A stretch of DNA of 12,763 nt from Candidatus Eiseniibacteriota bacterium (GTDB lineage Bacteria > Eisenbacteria > RBG-16-71-46 > CAZEPH01), in contig JBGATO010000079.1 of NCBI GenBank assembly GCA_044229145.1, forward strand, positions 1 to 12,763, in the 5' to 3' direction. Below are positions 6,119-12,763 of this stretch, one piece after another. Position 1 is the stretch's first letter, and every line of letters starts with the position of its first letter. The translations under genes and the position numbers were made by a program. The notes beneath the pieces are model-generated. The model ran no database searches and was not told the DNA's origin. It saw only the letters and a list, made by a program, of their open reading frames with translations.

Positions 6119-7401
6119 TGCGGCGTCTCGCGCTGATCGTTCTCGCGCTGCTGGCTCTCTGGGGCACGGCGGCGGCGCAAGTGTCCTCGACGCCGCAGGG
6201 CTCTCCGTTCGAGTTCCCAGTGGGCGGTGTCACGCAGGCGACGCGCCACATTGTGACCATCGGAACGGGATCGTTTGTCACGCTCGACTCGGTGGCGACG
6301 GGCAACTCTGGCGTCATCCGTTCGATTCTGATCGCCGACACCGCCGAGGACACCACCACCGTCCTCGACATGTACCTGGTCATCAAGTACGACGGCAGCG
6401 CGGTGTCCAGCGACTCCTTTCCGCTCGCCGCGTTGCTCGGGTATTGCGGCGCGCAACGCGGGATCGCCGACACCACGCACACCTACGACACGCCCTTTTG
6501 GGAGCGGCGTGTGCCCTTGGGCAGCACGCTCGGCGCACCGGGCCATGCGTGGGCGCTCCGGTATCCCATCCCGTACACCAACGGCATCGTCGTGCGCTTG
6601 GCCACCGTGGCAGGCACGCATTCGGTATGGGTGTCGCTGGTGCGGCAGACGCAGCTGCCGGCGTGCTGGAACCGCACGTACCGGTTTCACGTCTCGCACA
6701 CTGATTCGACGATCGCCGCCGCCAACGTCACCGTGCCTGGCACCAGTACGCGGAAGGTGTGGTTCTCGTCCACCGGCCAGGGCCACGGCAGCAACACGGC
6801 GGTGACGGCGGATCACATCGGCTGGGCGTTCATCGGGTCGGCCGGCTCGCCGCCGTGGAATAAGGAACTGGTCATCACCGGTCGCACGGCAGACACGTTG
6901 TTTACCATCGGCACTCCCGACCTGGATGCGGTGCTATCGCAGGCGCAAAGAACCAACCCGAGACTAACACGACCCGAAGTGTTCTTCCGCCGCAGCGCGG
7001 GCGCGGTGGGCTACATCGCCAGTGTGGTGATGGCGCTCTCGACGGGCACCGGCGACAACTCCCGGCTCGAAGCGTGTCCGCGTTTCTACCTCACGTCGCC
7101 CAACGCCGGTGCGGATGGCACGCTGCCGATCTACACCGGCACCGGCTTTGAGGACTTCTTCAACGGGGTCGGCTACACCTTCGCGGCGAGCGGCATCATT
7201 GGCGGTCTGCATGGAGCGCGCACCGGTGTCACCGGCTACGACGCCAACAACAGTGGCGGGACCGGCGCGCAGATGACGGGCTACCGCATCTTCGACCGCG
7301 ACCTGCTGAACTACACCAACGGGTGTTCGGCGACGTTCACCAACTGGGGCGGCACGACCTGCCGGATGCAGGCGACGGTCGCCTACTACGAGCGGCAGTA
7401 G
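6118..7401 (+). CDS. Signal-peptide-bearing DUF2961 / glycoside hydrolase family 172-like protein, 427 aa
   Basis: ATG 6118 (TAATG overlap). The N-terminus MRRLALIVLALLALWGTAAA|Q is a Sec-type signal peptide. Motifs in order SGVIRSILI, YLVIKYDGS...FPLAALLG, YPIPYTNGIVVRL, YRFHVS, GYIASV, RLEAC, YTGTGFEDFFNG, GYRIFDRDLLNYTNG and TVAYYE parallel DUF2961 (G.I.HIW, LR.YWDG...P.GDFF, FPMPF, YFHA, G.YVG, WGEG, GTGTEDYF, YR.H..DPI.F, SVAYWYQ). Confidence 0.75.
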   Translation: MRRLALIVLALLALWGTAAAQVSSTPQGSPFEFPVGGVTQATRHIVTIGTGSFVTLDSVATGNSGVIRSILIADTAEDTTTVLDMYLVIKYDGSAVSSDSFPLAALLGYCGAQRGIADTTHTYDTPFWERRVPLGSTLGAPGHAWALRYPIPYTNGIVVRLATVAGTHSVWVSLVRQTQLPACWNRTYRFHVSHTDSTIAAANVTVPGTSTRKVWFSSTGQGHGSNTAVTADHIGWAFIGSAGSPPWNKELVITGRTADTLFTIGTPDLDAVLSQAQRTNPRLTRPEVFFRRSAGAVGYIASVVMALSTGTGDNSRLEACPRFYLTSPNAGADGTLPIYTGTGFEDFFNGVGYTFAASGIIGGLHGARTGVTGYDANNSGGTGAQMTGYRIFDRDLLNYTNGCSATFTNWGGTTCRMQATVAYYERQ

Positions 7402-7857
7402 ATGGCCTACTCCACCTCCGCCGACGTCATCGCGCGGTCGACGCTGCTCGTCGGGATCACCGACGCCTCGACCTATATCGCCATCGCCGACGGTGACATC
7501 GACGACGCGCTGCGCGGGCTCTACAGCGTACCGTTTTCGACGGTCCCGAGCACCATCGCGCGGCTGTCGGCGGATCGCGCCGCGGGCCTCAAGCTCCGGC
7601 AGCTTTATCGCGCCGGCAACATGGAAGCAGCGCTGTTCGCCGATCTCCTCAAGGACTTTGACGACGGCATCGCGGCAATTCAGCAGGGGCGCACACTCCT
7701 CAACGCGACGCGCGCCGGGTCCATCGACGGCGGGCGCGATCTTGCCCCGACGCACACCAACCAGACGGACGACACGGGCGAGCCCTACGATCCGACCTTC
7801 GCCTACGGCAACCACGCCGGCGATGGGTCGGACGTGACCTTGCTGGACTTGCTCTGA
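7402..7857 (+). CDS. Head-tail adaptor, Mu gp36/DUF1320-like
   Basis: MAYSTSADV...IAIADGDIDDALRGLYSVPFSTVPSTIARLSADRA...LY fits DUF1320 (Y.T..D...I..A...ID.YL..RY..P...VP..L....DIA.Y.L). Starts immediately after the upstream TAG. Confidence 0.8.
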   Translation: MAYSTSADVIARSTLLVGITDASTYIAIADGDIDDALRGLYSVPFSTVPSTIARLSADRAAGLKLRQLYRAGNMEAALFADLLKDFDDGIAAIQQGRTLLNATRAGSIDGGRDLAPTHTNQTDDTGEPYDPTFAYGNHAGDGSDVTLLDLL

Positions 7858-8390
7858 TGGCGGCGCTCGTCGCGGCCGATGTGCAGGCGCGGCTCGCCGG
7901 GCACGCGCGCCTGGAGCGCCTGACGCGCGCCGGGCTTGTCAACGCGACGCCGGTGATTCAGCAGTGCACAAAGGACATGCGCGTCGAGGCCGAGCGCAAC
8001 CTCGCCACTGAAAACGACGGCAAGAACCCCGCGCGCCGCCCGAACACGCTTCTGTCCGGCACACCCGCCCTCGGCGGTCCCCGCGGCGGCGTCGCGCGCG
8101 CGACGCGCATCGTGGGGCTGGAATCCCGCGTGCGGCCGCGCCGCTACGACATCCTCTGCTTCTCGTCGGCGATCGGCGAGTACATGCAGCACGGCACGCG
8201 CCCGCATACCATCACGGCCACGAATCCCTCGGGGCGGTGGACGCGCGCGTGCCGGCGCTGGAGCGGCATCCGCGCCGTGGGTGGCGCCGGCCGCACACCA
8301 TCGCCGACGCCGCACAGCCGGTCACCGCCGGCAGTCTCCTTGCCCTGCTCGACGACGACGCGGCGCCGTGGACCGCGATGGCCATGGTGA
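7857..8390 (+). CDS. Neck/tail-completion protein (Mu gpG / HK97 gp10-like), apparently truncated or out of frame after about 8235
   Basis: TGATG-coupled start. IGEYMQHGTRPHTI is the Y...GT.PH.I motif of this family. After TNPSGR the translation looks off-frame and the usual HPG...RPF(L) ending is absent. Confidence 0.6.
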   Translation: MAALVAADVQARLAGHARLERLTRAGLVNATPVIQQCTKDMRVEAERNLATENDGKNPARRPNTLLSGTPALGGPRGGVARATRIVGLESRVRPRRYDILCFSSAIGEYMQHGTRPHTITATNPSGRWTRACRRWSGIRAVGGAGRTPSPTPHSRSPPAVSLPCSTTTRRRGPRWPW

Positions 8391-8655
8391 CGCTGCGCGC
8401 GCGGCTCGACTTTCTCTTTCCCGACAACCCGCTGTGCTGGCCTGGCTTCCTTACGGCGCTGCCGGCGGGCGCCGCGCGTCAGGCGGAGCGATGGCTCGCC
8501 GCGGCGCTGCGCGTCCCGGCCCTCGGCGTGGACCGCGCCGCGGACAGTGCGGCGACCGACGTCGGGCTGTTCGCCGAAATCTGCCGGTGGATCGACGGCG
8601 CGCACGCGGCGGTGGACCGCGCGCGGCTGGCGCGGCCCGCGAGGACGGTGCTCCG
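8237..8655 (+). other. Coding-like segment ahead of the tape measure gene, possibly the 3' part of a tail assembly chaperone
   Basis: Frame 2 has strongly GC3-biased codons and a helical Ala/Leu/Trp translation unlike a TMP N-terminus. No convincing start or RBS. Sits where chaperone genes usually lie and runs into the TMP frame without a stop. Confidence 0.35.
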
Positions 8656-10807
8656 ATGGCGCTGCGCGAAGGAGCTTGTCCTCGCGTATAAGGTGATGGT
8701 CGAGGGCGAAGAGAAGCTCGTGCAGCTCTCTGCCACCGAGCGCAAGGCGATGCAGGAGTTCGTGCGCGGCCAGCAGGAGCAGCAGGCGGCGGTGAAGGGG
8801 GCGGCGGGGGCGACGGATACGTGGAAGGGCACGCTAGCGGGCGTGGTGCCGACAGCGGGGAGCGCATCCGAAGCGTTGAGTGTTATGGTCGGCGGGTTGG
8901 GCGCCGTCACGCTCGCCGCGGGGGCCGCCGGCCTCGCCGTCAAGGGCTTCACTGAGTTCGTCGCGGCGGGCCGCGAGCGCGGCGAAATGGTGAAGACGTC
9001 TACTGCTCTTACCGGATCGGCGGCGCTTGCTGAAGGGCAGATGCGGCACTGGGAGGAGTTCAGCCTCCACGCCGACTTTGGCGCGGCGGCGCTCGCACGC
9101 TCCGCCGCGCAAATGGAACTGTTCGGACTCGACGCGCAGGTGACGTTGCCCTCTGTCGCGCGCGCGGCGGATGCGCTCGGCGTGAACGTCGAGGAGATGA
9201 GCCAGGCGGTGAATGCCGCGCTCCTCGGCCAGACGCGCGGCTTGAAGCGCTACGGTATTGACGCGCAGGCGATCGCGCGCGAGACGGGCATTCAGGTGGA
9301 AGGCGCAGGCAAGCTTACGCGCGACCAGATGGAGCAGGTGGTCGCGGCCATCACGCGGCAGTGGGACACAGGTCTCGCTGACACCGCCGACACCATTGAC
9401 GATCACCTGCAGCACATCGAAAATCGCTTCACGGTGTTCGCAGGCCGCGCGTTTCACGACACCGCCGAAGGGCCGATCAACGACTTCCTGCAGAAGATCG
9501 AAGACGTCCTTGACGTGCTCGACCAGACGCCCGAGAAGGTGCACGCCGCCACCGGACCGCTTGGGTTTGGCGCTTTTGGCGCGTACGCGGTGCCAACGTA
9601 CATGGGGCAGCAGGGCGCGGAGGCGGCGCCCCGCACCGGCGGCGCGCACCTATACGACGCGGCGATCAACGTCGGGCCGGCGCTCAATGGCCTCATCACG
9701 CCGTCGCTGCCCGGCGTCACCGACCAGGATCTCCGCGACAACACCTTTCAAGCGTACCTCGAGGACCAGGCGAAGGGCGCAGAGGCCGCACGGAAGCACG
9801 CCGCCGCGCTCAAGGACGAAGCGGACATGGCGGCGCAGGTCGCGCAGTCGTTCCGCGCTCTACGGCTACGTCGGGCCGCCAACGGCCAACGCGCGTTCGT
9901 GCCGGCGGCGAATGGGGCGGCGAACGGCCAACGCGCGCCGTTCGATGCCGCAGTCCAGGAGCTTCCGTGCCGGGTCGCCCGCCTTTGGACGGACCCCTTC
10001 GACGCCGTCGGCCGCAAGTCGCCCGCGATCCTCGAGGCTGAAGAGGTGCAGAAGCAAACCGCCGCCCTCGAGGATCTCGGTTTCGACCACTTCACCGCCG
10101 TCGGGTACGCCAAGGAGCAGGTCGCGGCGGACGTGGCGGAGCGGCGGGCGCAGATCGAGGAGGCGCACCAGGCGCGCATCCTCTCCGTGCACAAGGGCAC
10201 CGTGGCCGCGATCACACAGGTGGAGATGACGGGCATCGCGGTCCTCGAGCGCGGCACCTCGATGCTGTTTGCGCACCGCTCCAAGGCGGAAAAGGACCGC
10301 GTCTCAAACGCCAAGCTGGCGTCGATGGAGATGCAGGCGCTGGTGCTGGACGAGGTCTCGAACGAGCTTATGACCCAGGCCAAGAAATGGGCGATTGAGG
10401 GCGCCGTGCACATCGTCACGCCGGGCAAGCAGGCGCAGGGCGCCGCGGAGCTCGCGGGGGCGCTCGCGGCCGGCGCGGGCGCGGGGGTGTTTTCCGGCCT
10501 GGCCGGCAACATCCGCGCGCGGGAGCAGGAGCTGGCGCAGTCCGCCCGCGACCAGGCAGGGCTTGGCACGCCGGGGCAGTCGCAGGCTGAGCGCGACTTC
10601 TACAACCGGAACAGCGGCGGCGGCGGGTCGTTCTACACGCCGAGCAGCCCGCAGAGTGGCGGCACCACCACCATCTCGGTGGTCATTCAGGCGAGCTACT
10701 TCACCGGCACGCGCGCCGATGCGGACCGCGTCGTGCAGGACATCAAGGGCGCGCTCGACGAGGCCGTCGGCCGCGGCGAGTTGCCCCATGTGCAGAGGGC
10801 GGCGTAA
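8656..10807 (+). CDS. Tail tape measure protein (about 700-715 aa; start ambiguous: ATG 8656 with an indel, in-frame ATG 8696, or fused ORF from 8237)
   Basis: Long Ala/Gly/Gln-rich helical ORF with a TMP-like N-terminal strand KELVLAYKVMVEG, the core FGAAALARSAAQMELFGLDAQVTLPSVARAADALGVNVEEMSQAVNAALLGQTRGLKRYGI, and C-terminal GGTTTISVVIQ...VVQDIKGAL. Confidence 0.85.
9881..9937 (+). repeat. 15-bp direct repeat AACGGCCAACGCGCG (9881-9895 and 9923-9937), 42-nt spacing
   Basis: Exact match read from the sequence; encodes AANGQRA twice in the TMP frame. Confidence 0.8.
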
Positions 10808-11976
10808 TGGGCTATCTCTCCCTGGCCTGCGCGGTACCGATTCCCAACGCGCACATGGGCTACAAGGAACTCACCAGCGGCACCAGTGGCAGCCCGGATG
10901 GCTGGGCGCCGTCGTCGCAGTTCACGACGGACCGCACGGGTGGGACGCCTGTGATTGTGGACGCCTGGCAGCCTTTGCAGGCCAACACCACGCTGCTGGG
11001 CGCCGACGAAGACAGCCTGACCGGCCGCGCGTACTCAATCGGCCTCAAGACCGCTGCCAGCAGCGACACCACGCGCTACATCGACTCGCCGAAGAGCCCG
11101 CTTGGTGCGCTCTACGGCAGCGAGCAGATGAGCGCGGGCGATTACCACTACTACCACCTCGCCGTGCGGATGCACGGTGCCTACAGCGGGGCCACGCCGC
11201 CGAACACAGGCGACTTCCGCCTGTCGCTCATGGCCGTCGACACGGCCGACACGTCGTATCTGACGCTCGGCACGTACGACCTGACGGCGTCGGACTTCGA
11301 TGCTGGCACCTGGGCATCCGGCAAGCGGTGGATGCACAAGTACGCGATCGGCTTCGCGGCCCTGACCACGACGGGATGGACAGGTGCTGGCACCACGCCC
11401 GCGCGACTGTTTGTGCGCGTGACCGCCAAGGCCAACGCCACCACGGGACGGCTGTACCTGGCGCTGGCCGACGTCAAGGTCTGGACGCTCGGCCCCCTGG
11501 AGGCGTCGGGCGGCAATGCCAACGGGCTCGCCGGCGCGCTGGAGTACGCCTATGCGCTGTCGCGGCCAACGCAGTTGGAGGCCACCGGCCCCGCGGAGAT
11601 CGCCGCGTTCACGAAGGGCCGTCGCCTCGGCAACGGCGACTGGCGCACGTTTGACCCCTCGGGCGGGATGAAGAAGCGCACATGGAAGGCGACGTTCGTC
11701 AACCTCACCGAGACCGATCGGCAGAAGATCCTCCGCGCCTACCACTACAACCAGGGCTTTGCGAGCAACAGCGGCACGGCGTTCGGGCAGCCGCGGCCTC
11801 TTGCGCTGCTGTGGAACCAGCCGGAGGAGTTCGATGACGCGGGCGGGTTTCAGGTCCACGTTGCGCACTTCGCGGCGAAGCCCGTGTTCGTCGACTACTA
11901 CAAGGCGCCGGGATGGATCGCCTCCACCCGCAGCGCCCTGCGCTACCAGACGACGCTCGAGTTCGTGGAGGCGTAA
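10807..11976 (+). CDS. Minor tail protein, distal-tail (Dit)-like C-terminal domain with N-terminal beta-sandwich extension
   Basis: TAATG-coupled directly after TMP. C-terminal RRLGNG...KKRTWKATFVNLTETD...YQTTLEFVEA resembles Dit/lambda gpM-type proteins. The N-terminal ~250 aa is Thr/Gly/aromatic and beta-rich. Confidence 0.55.
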   Translation: MGYLSLACAVPIPNAHMGYKELTSGTSGSPDGWAPSSQFTTDRTGGTPVIVDAWQPLQANTTLLGADEDSLTGRAYSIGLKTAASSDTTRYIDSPKSPLGALYGSEQMSAGDYHYYHLAVRMHGAYSGATPPNTGDFRLSLMAVDTADTSYLTLGTYDLTASDFDAGTWASGKRWMHKYAIGFAALTTTGWTGAGTTPARLFVRVTAKANATTGRLYLALADVKVWTLGPLEASGGNANGLAGALEYAYALSRPTQLEATGPAEIAAFTKGRRLGNGDWRTFDPSGGMKKRTWKATFVNLTETDRQKILRAYHYNQGFASNSGTAFGQPRPLALLWNQPEEFDDAGGFQVHVAHFAAKPVFVDYYKAPGWIASTRSALRYQTTLEFVEA

Positions 11977-11979
11977 CCG

Positions 11980-12763
11980 ATGACCGCTGTCGGCCTGCGA
12001 CGCAGCGGCCAGGCGCAGACCCGCGTGCTCTGCCAGGTAGAGACGGACGCGGGCGGCTGGTACGACCTCACGGCGGTGTACGACGCCCATGGCGATGGCA
12101 TCGTCGCGCCACGGCTGGAGGCGTGCAGCGACCTCGAGGTCAAGCTCGAGGCCGCGTCGGGCGTCTGGGACATCAGCGCCGTGACGCTCACGTTCTGGAA
12201 TGGCGACCGCTTCTTCAACGGCGCGCCGCCCACGGGCATCAGCTCGTGGTATCGCCGACGGTTCCGCCTGCAAGAGCGCACCGACGACGGCGCGATCACG
12301 ACGCGCGCGTACCTGTACTCCACCGATGCGCCGACGACCGCCAGCGACAGCGACGTCGCCACGATCCCCTGCGAGTCGATCCTCGGGCGGCTCAAGGACA
12401 AGCGGGCGAGTGCGGTCAAGGCGGGGCAGTCGCCCTTCACGAACGCGCGGATCTCGACGCTCGTGCAGGAAGTGCTGAAGCAGGAATTCCCCGCGACCAC
12501 GGTCGATGCCTGGGTCGCCGCCGGCGCGATCCTGGACCGCTACACCATTCCGCTGGCCGACAGCTCCACGAAGGCCGTCTCACACCTCGGAAGGCTGCCG
12601 GAGACGGCAAACGTGCCGGGCACGTGGTACGGCAACGCGCTGTGCTATGTCAGCGACGCAAGCGCCGCCGCCGCGTTGAAGAACAAGCTGGTGTTCGGCG
12701 TGGGGGGAGAGGTCTGGACCTGGACCCCGTCCACGGAAGCCGAAGCGCGCGTGCTGTCGCTGG
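11980..12763 (+). CDS. Tail tip / baseplate hub (Tal-like) protein, 3' partial; not in the ORF track
   Basis: ATG 11980, frame 1 open to the window end: MTAVGLRRSGQAQTRVLCQVETDAGGWYDLTAV...SAVTLTFWNGDRFFNG...VATIPCESILGRLKD. The W.DLT, LT..N.D..F and ATI.C...L..L patterns and the position after TMP-Dit fit a hub protein. Confidence 0.6.
   Translation, partial: MTAVGLRRSGQAQTRVLCQVETDAGGWYDLTAVYDAHGDGIVAPRLEACSDLEVKLEAASGVWDISAVTLTFWNGDRFFNGAPPTGISSWYRRRFRLQERTDDGAITTRAYLYSTDAPTTASDSDVATIPCESILGRLKDKRASAVKAGQSPFTNARISTLVQEVLKQEFPATTVDAWVAAGAILDRYTIPLADSSTKAVSHLGRLPETANVPGTWYGNALCYVSDASAAAALKNKLVFGVGGEVWTWTPSTEAEARVLSL

Larger units (their letters stand above)
1..12763 (+). mobile_element. Phage/prophage structural gene module (Mu-like head, non-contractile-type tail tip)
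   Basis: Co-oriented portal, gpF, protease, cement, capsid, adaptor, neck, TMP, Dit-like and hub-like genes. No host genes or att sites in the window. Confidence 0.92.

Noticed and set aside
9878..9950. AAC-containing repeats as a DGR template/variable repeat or mini-CRISPR
   Set aside because: Only two 15-bp copies, no adenine-specific mismatch pattern, no spacer array, and no reverse transcriptase or cas gene in the window.
10395..12500. ORFs 10395..11654 (+), 11035..12273 (-) and 11943..12500 (-)
   Set aside because: Shadows of TMP, the Dit-like gene and the open frame starting at 11980, which have the coding-like codon bias.
1..12763. Calling the element a transposable (Mu-type replicating) phage, a GTA, or assigning a host taxon
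   Set aside because: Only structural genes are visible; no transposase, integrase, ends or host genes to decide.

Overview
High-GC (roughly 70% by eye) virion-morphogenesis operon of a tailed phage or prophage with a Mu-like head module, all on the + strand and tightly coupled by TGATG/TAATG stop-start overlaps. Order: portal (5'-truncated), gpF-like head morphogenesis protein, small ORF, small HTH protein, Mu I-type prohead protease with probable nested scaffold, DUF2190-like cement protein, major capsid protein, small ORF, beta-rich ORF, signal-peptide-bearing DUF2961/GH172-like glycoside hydrolase, gp36-like head-tail adaptor, neck protein (apparently broken), chaperone-like fragment, tape measure, Dit-like protein, and a Tal/hub-like protein (3'-truncated, missing from the ORF track). 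Three features stand out. (1) An apparently secreted GH172-like enzyme, with both candidate catalytic glutamates and an extra inserted domain, sits inside the head operon. (2) An in-frame G_GGA_AAA slippery site just before the portal stop could fuse portal to gpF by -1 frameshifting. (3) No tail terminator or tail tube gene is recognisable, and there is an apparent junction near 8235. Family calls come from motifs recognised by eye plus synteny; no searches were run.
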